A DNA stretch of 64,000 nucleotides from Tubulanus polymorphus (taxonomy: Eukaryota; Animalia; Nemertea): contig NC_134028.1 in NCBI RefSeq assembly GCF_964204645.1, positions 2,294,001 to 2,358,000 of the forward strand, written 5' to 3'. The position numbers were made by a program, and so were the translations under genes. The notes under the pieces were generated by a model. It saw only the letters and a list, made by a program, of their open reading frames with translations, ran no database searches and was not told the origin of the DNA. Shown here one piece after another: positions 30,010-43,087 of the stretch; positions within the stretch are counted from its first letter, which is position 1; the number at the start of each line of letters is the position of its first letter.

Positions 30010-31823
30010 TCACAGTTCATCTTTAGAGTGTGGCATTTGAGCGTGAATGACTAGAAATTCAACATCCCAGAAGCATCTTCCTTTTTCATCCTTGACACAA
30101 TTTTGCTCAAAAATATCGAACACATCATCCATGAAGCTGGGCAACTGAGATTTAGGAATGGGCTGTACATGAGGCAGTATCGTTTGAATCATTCCTAAAA
30201 AATATAATGTGAATCATTTTTTCAGATAGTTTTGACAATCGCCATATAGTTATGTAGTTTTGGAGAATATATCGCTACCTTTTCCATATTCACGATCGGG
30301 GAAGACAAAATCTAAATTACGGACTTCGCAGTATTGAACCAAAAATCCACACGTTCGGAGAATTTGACGATAACCACCGGCAGGGTTTGGTTTACGCCAA
30401 GCGTTGTGCTTCTCCCAACCAGGCCGATGTCTCCAACTTGGAACAAAACCCTGTAAGAGTTATAAAAATACAAAGAATGTTTTAAGGTCTTTACAACTTA
30501 CAGTACGAAAAATAATTACTTAATCTCATCGCTGCACCTTTAAGTACGGCGCCCACTTTTCACTCTTCGTTATAACTTCAGTCACTTTGAGAAAGGCAGC
30601 CGGCGGTTTCAGACTTATAACAAAAAGTAGCTCACCTCGCGGTGCCAATAACGTTTTTACCAATTCTAAAACCTGATATTGGTCTGGAACCCAATGAAGA
30701 ACGAGGAACGATGTGATCAAATCAAATCGATGCTGCCATTCAGATTTGAATGAACTCGGATCTGTGATATCAGCCACCGAGTAATCAATACCGGGTCTAG
30801 AATTCTTTCTGCGAGCAACTTTCACCATTTCGTCATACTAACAAATAGAACAAAATACGAAACATTACAATTCATGAGCCAGTTACTCAAAAGGTTGGTA
30901 AGAAATAACCAGCGGATAAATACCATAGTAGAAATGAACTTTTAATTGTCACTATGTCAACTATCCACTGGTCACAAGTCAAACCAACTTTCAAGCAACT
31001 GGCTCCAGGACTGTAGACTACTGTCTGTCACACCTACTCTCCGTGCGACGTTTTGGTCCGTAATTTCGTTAATAATCGGTTTATCTACCTTTATTATGCA
31101 TCAATTTGTTCAGTGAGGAATTTGCATTCAGAAATAAACAACAATTTTCACTTAAGTTGTTTTTGTTTTCATTTATGAGCGATAGTTTACTCAGCATACG
31201 CTCGCGTAATGCTGAAAAATCCGCTCCGCGGACGCTCGGAAACGTTACAGTGACGTCATCACCTGCTCATTAGCATATCAAAATACAGTAGGTGGCGCCA
31301 CGTGACGGGCCATAAAAGCCGTTTTTCAGCATTACGCGAGCGTATGCTAAGTAAACTATCGCTGATAGAAGAAAACACAAACAAATTTCTGCCAGTTCAT
31401 GATTTATTTCTGAATGCAAATTCCTTACTGAACAAATTGATGCATAATATTTACAGATCAACCGATTATTAACGAAATTACGGACCAAAACGTCGCACGA
31501 AGAGCATGTGTGACAGACAGTAGCTGCACGGGCTAGGATCCTGAAGATGGTCTCCGGCGGGACTAGTCTAATAGAAGATTCTACCAAGTTTTATGACATG
31601 ATTTTAAGATGATATTCCTCACCTTATCTACAGCGATCAGCTTTTCTATACCATTTTCAAATTCGTCGAATAAAATATTAGTTACTTCTCCAGTGCCACA
31701 TCCTACATCCAGGATATTTCTGTAAGTCTTACTTCTATCAAAACGAGTAGCGGCCAATATTTCTGATGCCCATTTTTGCTGTGCCAAACAGTAGAGCGAG
31801 TACAATTCACCATCAGGATTCAT
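30010..31823 (-). CDS. Class I SAM-dependent methyltransferase, juvenile hormone acid O-methyltransferase-like, ~285 aa
   Basis: Coding exons 31823-31623, 30837-30538, 30450-30279, 30194-30010 (858 nt, in frame). Motif I ILDVGCGTG, IAVD, ADI, FDLITSFLVLHWV, LLAPRGELL; N-terminal LY...Q as in JHAMTs. An acceptor lies just before the ATG and a 5'UTR donor GTAAGT lies at 32060. Confidence 0.88.
30876..31005. mobile_element. ~130-bp MITE in the methyltransferase intron
   Basis: GAGCCAGTTACTCAAAAGGTTGGT ... ACCAACTTTCAAGCAACTGGCTC imperfect TIRs. Confidence 0.7.
31021..31520. mobile_element. 500-bp MITE with ~200-bp TIRs and TA flanks (Tc1/mariner-type)
   Basis: TA|CTGTCTGTCACAC...GTGCGACGTTTTGGTCCGTAATTTCGTTAATAATCGGT... 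is mirrored by ...GTGTGACAGACAG|TA; the arms extend to CAGCATACGCTCGCGTAATGCTGAAAAA. Confidence 0.9.
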
Positions 31824-34800
31824 TCTGAATAAAAAGAAATCGTACTTTAAGTTAATGTTTAGGGGGTGTGGCTTATCTGAATATATTAATCATTCCCTAG
31901 CCCTAGGACCGTGTATTCTGGTATTCACAGACCACGTCCACTGGGGCCTGATGGAAAAAGTATTTTACCCCGGTATCCTAGCTAGGTCCTATTTCAAAAA
32001 ATAAGTCTGTGATATTCAAACTAAATCGCCTTAATTAAAATTATGCCTAGGCCTACTTACTTTACTAGCTTGCTTTAGTAAGTAGAGTCACTATCTATTA
32101 AATTATGACTTTTACACGGGAAACCCAGCAGGGTGCAATTCAATTCAATTTCAATTATGACTCAGGTCAATTTTGGGATAATATACATGAAATGCTGAAT
32201 CAATCCACTTTACAATGCAGTAGGATTGCTAATGGTCCCTGAATACCCTAAAAGTGTCGTATTTTCTGGGGGTTTCTGGGGCCCTAAAATTCAGCTCAAC
32301 GACCTTCGCTCGATGTAGTCGATACCAATTCTATTCAATTAAATTAAGCTTTATTGCCAATAGTGTACATAACTCGTCCTTGTAAAACCAAGTACATTGA
32401 TGAAAAAATCATTCTTAGTAAGAGAAAAAAATAATTCATAAAGCGAAAAAACCACAATAACAAGCCTTTACACACACTTGCTAAAATTCTCCCAAACAAG
32501 GGCAAGGCCAAGGTCGTGGCAGTGTTTGAACGCATCGCTGGTCGCACGTGCCGCCGTGGCTTTTGTACCCCTGCCGTTTAAAAATAATGAAAGAGTAGAA
32601 TCAACCCGTACGATTGTCTGCTACTCCATTGTGGTGACTTGCCGCCTAAATGTCGGTACTGGTTCACGCGAGCTCTTTAGTATAGGCAGTATACGGAGCT
32701 CCGCGAACCGGCCATTCTCAGGACTGGGTGAAGTCAGTGGCCGTGTCATCAGCACTCACGACTGTTGCTACACTTTACATAGCCTGGTGACGTTCTCACA
32801 CACAGTACACACTCGCAGTGCGCGGGGCGGTTGAGCCCGGACCGGTTGGCGTTGTACTAGGTTTATAGACTGGATGGACTGTGTGTCGTGTCGGATGCAC
32901 TTTCCTTCATGGAGAGTGGGAGACTCAACTGGGAATGGATGGGATGTTTTTTGGAAAAAGAATGCCGATATCGCCATGAAAGACTCAGTCTCATTTTCTT
33001 CAAGACAAATCCACACACACAGTCCTCGCCAGACATTATTCTTACCTGGTGTCAAGTAATATAGTCTGAATACCAGTTGTTAGGTTCCCCCTTCCTTCCT
33101 ACAACTGGCTGTGAAGGCAATGATGGCCTGATACTAACTAGATTACTAGTGCTGCAGGTTGAATACAGGACCAACTGTATAGGAACCAGAACTAAACGCC
33201 TAATCCACGACAAAACCCAAAAATATTTTGAAAATGAACTGTTTTTTGTGTAATTTCCAAGCGAGGCCAAGGGCCTGAAACTTTCATGATGGTAGCACAT
33301 GAGCCTCTGGTGCCACTGAATCTCCCCACAGGTTTCATTCGGCATTAGATTCATCGCACCTGACGTTAGTAACTCACTGGTTACTTCTGTCAGCACTAAC
33401 AAAATAAATGTTCCATAAATCGATTTTTAACTTAAATAAAAAGAACTTCAAAATTGTTTCGAAAAGTTTGATTAGCGACTTCTTAGAATTTTGAAATCTT
33501 TGGAAATGATTTTTGTCCCCAATTTGAAAAAATTAAAAAACTGATTGATTCTGTCGAAATATCCCTACATTTAATCAGTTGCTCAAAGAAGGTAGAGTTT
33601 TAAAACCATTGTGGAGTGGATGATTGCCTTTAGCTCGGTGCAAAAATGTCATTCACTTTTTTTGCCATTCTCTTACAGAATAGTCCGACTGTTTCTGGAC
33701 AGATGGCGCTAGCGTGGTTTGTTTTTATGGCCGTTCAATCGGTATTGGGTAATATATGGGTCAACGTATTGCATTAAAGAGAATGATTCAGATGCCGTGA
33801 AACATCTGTGAAAAACTCGAGATGACAATTATGAAAGCTGTAAAAGGATTGTAACGTTGAACGTCAGATTCGTCGGTGACAATGTCCACTGAGAAAGGTA
33901 AAGATTGCTTAGCAGAAATAACGTACATGATAAACACTGTTTGAAGCCTGTTAATTCCATATAATGTGTAGTTTCCTGTTTGTTCTCATTTCTGATAGTT
34001 TGACCTACCGGCCTAGATGTTTTTGTGCTATTTTTTGTATTGATGAGAGATGTTACCGTTTGGTCATAACCAGTATCAATATGTGACAAAATACACTACA
34101 TATATATAGACTACAACAGTACTATTGATTTAACATAATTCTATTGTTACTGCCATTCTGTATGGTGTATTTGCATATGTTCAATGGTCTATTTAACCAA
34201 TTCAATTCAATCTGTTCTAATTTCTAGATATTTTTAACTTATTGTATAAAGCCTAAAGCATTTATTTTGTAAACACTCAGAAAAATGGAACAAATGGCAG
34301 GCGAGACAAATCAAATAAAAACGAATGACCAAATTAAAATAGTAACGCATTCATAATATAATCAGCTCATTCAATCGGAATAAATGAATATTCCATTTTC
34401 TCTAAAATCTTATCTAGAATTCGAGTTTCCCTCTTATCGAAGCTTTAGGTAAAAGATATATTTAGGCAATGACACATCTATGAATAAGTTTACAATACCA
34501 AGTTGTCATGGTTAGGTATAATTTGTCATGATACAGCCAATGTAAATGTACATGTATATATATAATCCATTTTTGAATAAATGTATGATTTCGTTTGATT
34601 TATCTTATAGATAACTATGTGCTGGACCACGAAGGTGTGAATCATGAGTTCAATATCGAGCAGTGCTTGATCCAAGTTAACACTGACAGCATTGATTGCA
34701 AGTCAGAAAAAGCCGATGAAAAGAAAGTTTCCAAGTTCATTTTGTCCCCACCTCCCAGTAGACTGCTTGAAATCATGTGCGCTCCGTTGAAGTCTTTGGG

Positions 34801-35059
34801 TAAGTATTCGATTTAGAAATTCGAAAATTGGCTGGGGTTTGAGGATGCCCTTGATGACTTATTCCGTCTTTGATGATGTATTATCTTATCTGATCACGCT
34901 GAGAATTCATTTAAGAATCAAAATCTTTCATTACAGCAAACTCCTTTCTCCTAAATATCTGCTCATAAATGTTACAGTGATTATTTTTTTGCGGTGTTTT
35001 TCGATTTCGCCGATTTTTAACAGCTCGGCAAGATATTTAAAGTTCTAACACTACTGCCG

Positions 35060-35345
35060 ATAAGGCATAATTTATTGTAAAAACCATTGATAAAACACTA
35101 TATCAGTGATGAGACGATAATATATAGAAAACCTCAAAATGATAATGAAAAAAAGCTTTGAAGAGTCTGAAAATGTTTCCTTAAGCTATTAGTTTATTCA
35201 TTGTTATGATAATATTCTAATAGTCATTTTTATTCCTGAAGATGACTATTATAGTATATTTGAAACGTTGAATAAACCACAAGCTCTAGGAAAGATTTTT
35301 GGCCTTTATATTATTTTTGCGTATCATTGTGGGGTTTCTACATAT
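35060..35345. mobile_element. Penelope-like remnant with an inverted pair of hammerhead-derived segments
   Basis: + motif TTTATTC-CTGAAGA-T-GACTAT...GAAAC-GTT-GAATAAA (35229-35276), facing a decayed inverted copy at 35191-35228. AAAACCATTGAT-AAACACT-TATC...GATGAGACGAT is shared with 54965-55005. Confidence 0.65.
35229..35276 (+). ncRNA. Minimal type-I hammerhead motif, stem II degraded
   Basis: 7-bp stem I TTTATTC/GAATAAA, CTGAAGA, GAAAC, GTT triplet; stem II pairing is disrupted. Confidence 0.5.
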
Positions 35346-35880
35346 TCTAATTTACTGTATATATTTCATTATTCATTATATCGTGCATCTTGAAATGTAT
35401 AAATTTCTTGGTACAACCTTCTCACTAGTATGAGGCCGTGTTAAGAAATTGTATGGTATTTAATATCCATGAAGACATAAGGAAACGCCCTTTTAACGTA
35501 GCCGGAAATGCCGCTACATATGGCACACGTTGTATCGATATTGTCGTTCATTGTAAAAACTTCGATAGACGTTTGACTTTGATTTATTCAGAAATGCATT
35601 TAATCAATTGCATCTCGGAGAGAGATTGACGACACGACGCCGGGGTTCGTTCATTCATTTAAAAACTTTAAAGTTGTTTTATAAATTGAATCGTGACAGC
35701 CTGTCGAGTCAACGAGCGAATACTGCGAAATAATCGATCAATTCCACTAGTCGAAATATCGTTGCTCTTCAATCGGATGAATTGATATGTTTTTGCCGCT
35801 TAGGACCGATGACCTTGACCGCATCGACGTCGTATCGATCAAAACCAACCGCGGAGAATGCTGGACTTTTTTCTATCGAG

Positions 35881-35960
35881 TCAGCAGAGAGAGAGGAGAG
35901 AGAGAGAGCGGTGGGTAATCAGTTAGATTTGGTTCGTGAAGGCTCGGTGGTTATTGTTCG
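35881..35960 (+). promoter_or_regulatory. Putative core promoter (GAGA run + TCAGTT initiator)
   Basis: (GA)n at 35886-35908, then TCAGTT at 35919-35924 and CpG-rich 5'UTR-like sequence. Inference only. Confidence 0.35.
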
Positions 35961-36894
35961 GTAACACCGCCGCAGTGAAGCTGAATTGTAATGTATTGGC
36001 TTAGTTACCGTTTGATACAGTTTTAATTTCATGGCTCGTTGACGATCGGTTGCGAGCTAGAGCTGACAGTTTTCAGTTTGTTGTCGGTCTCGATGTCAGA
36101 TGAAAAGACATACTGACGATGTTCACTGCGATAAAACGAGCAATTTTCTCCCCTCGTTTCCATCGCCGAAGAAGAAGTATTTTTATCCAGGTGTTATCAG
36201 AATAGAGAAGTTGAACGACGGCGTTTTTTCTTTGTCTGTTCAGTGTTGAGGATCTCACGTGGAAGAAAACCGTATCATCGCGATGATGATTCTCCTCGCA
36301 GGCTAATTGTCTCCGTCAGTCGCGGCAGTCGATGAAATGCGAGCAGTTCTCTTTTTCTCTTGAACTTTTTTTTTAAACGACGATCTGCGGCGTCGTCGTA
36401 AAGGGGGGTAAAATTAATGGGTCTCCTTCATTGACATTTATTAGGGCTACAGCACTAATAACTTATGATAAATCATGTTGACTGAACTCGCATAAAACAC
36501 CACAAACAGACGTACGTATGGCCTTATCATTTTATGTAAGGAGGTATTTTTACCCGTAATGCTGCTGTGTCCAGACTGTCATTTACGGGTGACGTCTGGT
36601 TTATAGCCGACATAGATCTTCAATGATGCCGGAATTACACAGATGATTCACAAACCATCTCGCATTTTATTAGCTACTGTAAACTCAGGATTAGAGAATT
36701 GGGCCTCTTTTCGTTTCCTGCAGATTTATGCGCGCTACCACCGTTGCCAATCGGCTTTTTTTTCAGTCGCCCCGAGCGGAAGAATATTTTATGGTTCTTT
36801 ATATCTCCACACTTCGTGAACCGCGTAACACACCCGTCGATTATGACCAGTGATCATATATCCGGGTAATTCGGATCGAAGAGAGATTTTGTAT

Positions 36895-37110
36895 CAGGGG
36901 TAGATCCAGGGGCGCGCCTCGTGTGAGGAGGCATCAGGCGCTGAAATCTGAAATGCACAATCAAAGCGACTTTGAAAACTTTTTAAATGAAGTAAATCTG
37001 AGTTCTCGGGTAGGGGTTGAAAATGCCTCCTTTCACCGGGAATTTGGGTTGATTCCGATGATGCCCTTTTTTTAAAAAAAACTTAGAATTGGACCCCGTA
37101 TTCGCCCCTG
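36895..37110. mobile_element. Non-autonomous DNA element with CAGGGG(C/T)-type TIRs
   Basis: CAGGGGTAGATCCAGGGG ... CCCCGTATTCGCCCCTG; related ends at ~3542 (CAGGGGCGGATCCAG), ~41103-41117 and ~62408-62608. Confidence 0.6.
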
Positions 37111-37996
37111 TCGTATAACGTTATTTTTTTGTGCACTTTAATCATCGGCGATATGAAGTATGACCGGTATCGATTTCTACACCAATCGTCGACAGCCAGT
37201 AACCCGCGTCTGATAATTAGAACACTCAAAAAAGTATGATCGACATGTGTTTAAGTACTCCGAATAAATAAATCAATGTTGAACTTGTTTCTAGACAAAC
37301 AATGCACGGTGGCAATTAGAAAGTGAAACGCTTTCAGCCCAATTTTTTTCATGGAGTTTCACCTGAGTAGGCTTTTCAGACGGTAATTGTGAATTTTTCC
37401 ACGGTGAAACATTTCACAGCTGAAAGACGTCCATACAGTATCCAGTATCCAGTCGTTTAATTTTTTTTGGTTTTTTTTAGATACATCATCAAGTAAGTTG
37501 ATTATCTGAATGTCTAACAGGCAGGAGTAGATCCGAGCTGTATTCGCCGCATCGGGGAAAGCATCATCTCTACGGACGACCCTGGTTTGAATAAAGGTTT
37601 CGTACCGAAAAATTCAGAATTAATCTCAATATTTACAGCTCTCTATAAGAAGATTGCTAGATATCTGATACAGAAATGGAAAAAGATTATTTTTTTTGCA
37701 TCGTCACAAAGCTTCTTAACGCGAATGTGACATGGGAATAGTTTGTGTTTTCTTCGACCGATGAATCGATTCGAGGCGTTCAGTGCTTTCTGAGAATCAT
37801 TCGGAATCTTTTGTCTCTATTTCGCAACGGTTTCAGTTTCGTGATATAGGTTTAGGTCGCGATGTTTTCGATTTCCTGTTATTCATAAAACCATAACGTG
37901 TCAACTAGTGAAATTTCTCGGATAATAATTTTAGCTTTACCTCGCTAACTACAGTTTATCCTTCGGAATCTACGGAAAAATCAAAATCTACGGTTA

Positions 37997-38216
37997 GGCT
38001 AAACAAAAATGATACCTTGTTTCTCCGCAGCGGCCGGGGCATTTTTGTAAAATATGGAATAATTCATAAACAGTTCATTTCTATAGCGGCCGGGTCTGTT
38101 ATGGTAAAATTGATCACGATTTAAAAAAAAGTAATGTATAGGGTAGATAGGCGGCCGGCCAGGTCAACATTTAAGCTCAGCAGAGCGGAGAAACAAGGTA
38201 TCAATTTTTTTTAGCC
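37997..38216. mobile_element. PIF/Harbinger (Tourist-like) MITE, TTA TSD
   Basis: TTA|GGCTAAACAAAAATGATACCTTGTTTCTCCGC ... GCGGAGAAACAAGGTATCAATTTTTTTTAGCC|TTA. Confidence 0.88.
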
Positions 38217-38317
38217 TTAGATCTTTATTTTAACAGTAGTAATAATGAACATGAAACACTGGAAATAGCTGATGATATATTCAAAGTGGAATCTAGTGCT
38301 TGTTTATGCAATCAGGC

Positions 38318-38605
38318 TCTAGACAGTGATTATTGACCGCGTGATGCGGATGACTTATATTAGTTTTTGCTGATCAACTCAAAATGGTGCTATTCATTTA
38401 CGCCCGTGCCTGTTTGACTCGGGGGCCAAATCTGGCCTGACCAAAAATGTCGGACCAGTCCCGCGCCAACGGGTCTAATTTATCTGTGTGAATGCAAATA
38501 GTGAATCTCCTCACTTGCCAAAGCATCATTTTAATAGCGCTTCTAATTACGGCATGGGCCAAATTAGACTGGAATCTGGGCAATATCGGCTCCCTGTGTG
38601 ATCAT
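38318..38605. mobile_element. Dispersed repeat, copy 1 (inverted relative to 43953-44232)
   Basis: CCCGTGCCTGTTTG, CTAATT(A)CGGCATGGGCCAAATT and TCTAGACA match the reverse complement of 43953-44232. Confidence 0.65.
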
Positions 38606-41600
38606 GGTGATATCGTCAGAAATAAACTGTCAAGAAACGTTTGTAACGTAATGGATTCAGATTAAGTAGACTGTTTAAGGTTTATAGAACCGTCGAGGAG
38701 GAGATACACACGACACAGATGATGTTGCATACAGTCCAGGTTTATCCTGCCTTGTTAATCTGTTGATGTGGTTTTAGTTCTTAGAGAACAGGTGCATGTA
38801 CCACATGAACTTTGCCAACTACTATTTGTTGTTATTAGTTACGTGGTTAGCGCTGCAAAGATCTTACGAGAAAATAACTTGAAAGTTTATTGACGCCTTG
38901 AAAAATAAGGCATATGTTTCGCTTAATATAGAATATATATTTTAGTAAAGTTATTTTGGATTTAATGTATCAATAATTGAATTGAATTGACCGACAACCG
39001 ACGTAGTGCATGTACATCCTCTCAAAAAATGATTATTTAAATTGTTCAAAAATAAAACAGGAGATAATGAAATGATTTAATCGTAAAATAAACGCCAAAA
39101 TTCAGAATTGTAATTGTTATTTTTAAACGCCGATATTGATGACGTAACGCGCTCTCAACATCCGGGTTAACACGGCTTCTTGCGTAACTCATTATGTAAA
39201 TCTAGAAAACGAGGCCAAATTTATTCATATTCGTTTCAGTCCCCCGTATCTTGATGTTAAAAGCTTCGATCAGCTGATGGAGGCTATTAGATTTAATGAC
39301 TTTATTTAATAAGATGAAACGTCCTTTTGATGGGCAAATCTGATTTCATATCTTGTGAAATTGCATTAGCGACAGAATCCGTAAAGAATGCGACGCGTGT
39401 TTTTAATGCAGTTGCTTGGTTGGTTTTCGATGATGTCCCCCCGGGGCTACGTGAGGGTTTCTCTAGTCTTGTTAATGCGCTGATCAAGCCTCTCTCTCTC
39501 TCCCTCTCTCTTCTCTCTCTTTCTCTAAGCTGTCTGTCTGCCACTCTTTTTCTAAGCTGTCTGCCAATGACAGGAGTAAAAACCAATCTTCGTGTTAGCC
39601 AGCCATCTGATTAAACATCATCAGGCCATTTGCGAATCAGGCCATTTTAGCTGAAAATATTTCCACTGACACAGTTATAATAAATATGCAGAGCGGTTTT
39701 TATAACAGCTCGAAAATTAGCATTTATCAGAAATAATAAACCCAACCCAGAGGGTGCGCAGATGGCATAAAATGGAGGTTAATCAAGGTGATTCACTTTC
39801 CGTAAATTGTGGCCTGGTTTTTTTCCCGCTGCCGGTATTAGCGGAGAAAGCTTTCAAATAAAGCATCACGACTGGAATGCTCTCCATCACCTAACGTTTC
39901 ATGATTAAAATGCTTGTTAGTTACGTGACTTGCCGTGTTGTATTGAGCGAGAGAGGAAACGCTATCGCCGAGCTTGTTTAGCCTATTAAAGACCGCCTGG
40001 TCCATTAAACATGGTCGTAATGTTGGTAAGTGTACGATCGTGATGAAACCCGCGTTTTTTTTTTGTGGCTCGATCATAAGAGGAAACTCCACCTTGTTAG
40101 AAGCATCTCTCGTGAATGAAATAATAACTTTCTCGAGGTTTCAGTTTACCGTCGGCCCTCGAAGCAAAGTGTTTCATCGCATAAAAAAAAGAAGAAAAGA
40201 AATTAAAAACTTGTATTTGTAGAGCTGCCAACTGTCCCAGATTGTCTGGCACAGTCCCTGAAAATGCCTTCATAGTGGTTTTTTGATGCTATTGAAAATC
40301 CCTGAAACAATTTTTTTGCTGTTCCTCTAAACGTTCAAATTTGAGATTATATTAAACTCGCTGTAGCGTTTACATTGTTGTGTTTAGATATTTTTGAGTT
40401 ATGTTACAGAGGATTCCAGTCGTATTACGACATCATGTCTTCGCGCGATCATGAGTCACATTAAAGGCAACAAATATTCGGCAAAAACGAAGACTAAAAT
40501 GTTCCCTCGCAATCTCGCAGACTAATTAGCGGAGGAAGGTAGCACCCGGCGCTCGCTTCAGTTAATATCAGACTTTTCTAATCTTTCATCGGCAATGACA
40601 GGAAGTGCAGAAATGGTGGCTTTTTCGTGTTCAGGAGAATCATTGTAATTGGGCGTGTACGTAATAATCTCGAGTGCCGTGAGACATCATGTGACGTCGT
40701 ATCACCGTACACCCGTGTCAGGCAATGCTTTTTGTCTGCCACAGTTTTTTTTCTGAGAAACTATCAACGACATTAATATTTCACCGTGACATTGATATCG
40801 GATACTGAATTTATGTCGGTGTTCTTCATTTCGGACTGAATATAATTGGCTAACACTCGTAATGACATTAGTTAATGGCAAATATACATTACAAACAAAA
40901 GTTGATGAGGAGTCATGTATTTCATATACCGGCTATCCGCTCAACCAAAGTTCTAATGTGATAGGATCCCAATTACTTCAGATTTGTGGAAAATGTCTTG
41001 CAAATGCTCAGTTCACATCTGGAGGTTGTGAAATTTCTATATTTTCTGGGAGGGCGCCCTACAACTCTTCTGTGTTGCTGGGATAGTACTCAAGAACTGA
41101 TACTGAATCCGCCCCTGAGGCCGGTCAAAAAGGTTATTGGTTGTAGCTTGTCAAGTTGTCTTGTCGACCTTGAAGAAAGGTACCATTACACCGACCTCGA
41201 TAGTTATATTGGAGTGATTTATTCAATCAAGAGCAGGTCGTAATTAATGGATGCGTGATCAGGATTGAATAGTGTTGTACGGATGTGCATTATGCGCATT
41301 CTTACAATGATGTAATCACAGCAGACGCATGCGTTCAGTTGCGCGGTCGGTCGACACATCTTCTAGATTTCGGACACATTTGTCATTGACAGTAGAGATC
41401 GCTTAGCGCTGTTGGTTAATGATCCATTAGTACATCATATTAACAGTCCGTACAAGTAGAACTATCAATTCTGCTAATGCTAAGATTTAACGGTAATTAT
41501 CCGGAGTTCCTTACAAATGTCTCTAGCGATCTATCTTTTATACCTTCTCGCTCAATTTTTCTTCGTCGCTTTAACCGAGCCAACGCCTATAGTTGTTTTT

Positions 41601-42801
41601 TTTTTCGAAATATGGGAGCCATTTTCGACGAGTTCATTACGCAATCGATTAAACTGATCTGCTACGCCGCGTTCATCGCCCCGATCGATCATAATCATTG
41701 ATTCATCATCTCATCAATGATCATTGAATCGTCGCTAATGACAGATTGTGTAAACGCTGTTTTTACCGACTGTGTTGATAGCAGCCAGTTTTGGGCCCAC
41801 GGCGCCCGTCTGCCGTAGGATGAGTAGATTGGGTCTCGGAGAACGATATAGTTTTATCGTCGTTAAAATGAACGTTATTGCTAATAGTCGCCGGTATAAT
41901 CTTATTTTACTACTCATTGGATAGTGGTTCTGTAGTTAGTAGTGAAATGATATCAGTTTTATAACCCCTCATGTGAAACAATGTACACGTTTTTAATAGT
42001 GTTAGTATTGATGCCTTTGCACCGGAGCCACCCCGAATAAAATCGAAGTAAAAATAGGGTGACGTCGTAAATTTGATGGCAGGGCAATGGGGACAGAACG
42101 CTTCTAAGTATTGATGTTTTATTTACAGTATATCGTTTGTATTTCAGCGATATTTGATAGCAGCTCCCAACAACGACGACGTTTTAATAAGATCATTTTC
42201 CTGCGGTTGAGTTAACCAATATTAACCGCGCTGAATGATTATTCGAAGCAGTACTCGGATAACCCTGAAGAGCAGTCAGCAGCAGCAGGCGTGACATGAA
42301 AGATTACTCCCTCGATAATCATAACAGTTCTAATTATCCCATACTCTTTATTACTGCTAGTCTCGCCCAGAAAAATAGATCATGAAATTATTTGATAGTA
42401 AAAGCTTGTGTCTAGAGCTCATTAAAAATTGATTTCAACCTTTCTTCTCAGGCTGCCATGAGACCCTTATTCTCTTGCTGTCTGTCTTTCAGCTATTTAG
42501 TTTTGTCGATTGTGGGTCGATCTTGATGAGCTCAGAAACTCAGTTTTCAGGTCAAAATTCAAAAAGTTGTCTTGACAAAATTTAGGTACAACATATCCAA
42601 TGCAATGGGAACTAATGCATGGTTATTTCGGCGTTTGAGTTGGAGTCTGAGAACCATTGTCACGTATGGTTTTGTAACTTAATGATTACCATAATCTTTT
42701 ATAAATTCCTTATATTTCCACGTATTGATTATGAGTAAACAGTGATGAGTATTCGTGTATGTAATAAATATGTAAACTCTTCATTATTGCCTTTCCTTTA
42801 A

Positions 42802-43087
42802 CCCTTTCAGTGCGTCTACACCGCAGTGCGGTGTATGAATCGGTGATGGATTTTCCTAGTACACCGCACTGCGGTGTATTGATGTAATTAGTAATTAGTT
42901 TTTATCTCTTTTGAAAGATGGTAGCACCTGTCAAACATAGTGAAATAATAGTAACTAACGATACACTGCGCTGCAGTGTAGACGCACTATAGTGGTATTC
43001 CCGTTATTCAACGCATTAGGGTGGAATTTTTCAAAATTTTCATATCTCCAGCACTATAGGGCTTTTGATTAGTCAGCACTGAAAGGG
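42802..43087. mobile_element. piggyBac-type MITE, TTAA TSD, copy 1
   Basis: TTAA|CCCTTTCAGTGC ... GCACTGAAAGGG|TTAA; three internal TACACCGCA-TGCGGTGTA-type palindromes. Confidence 0.92.
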
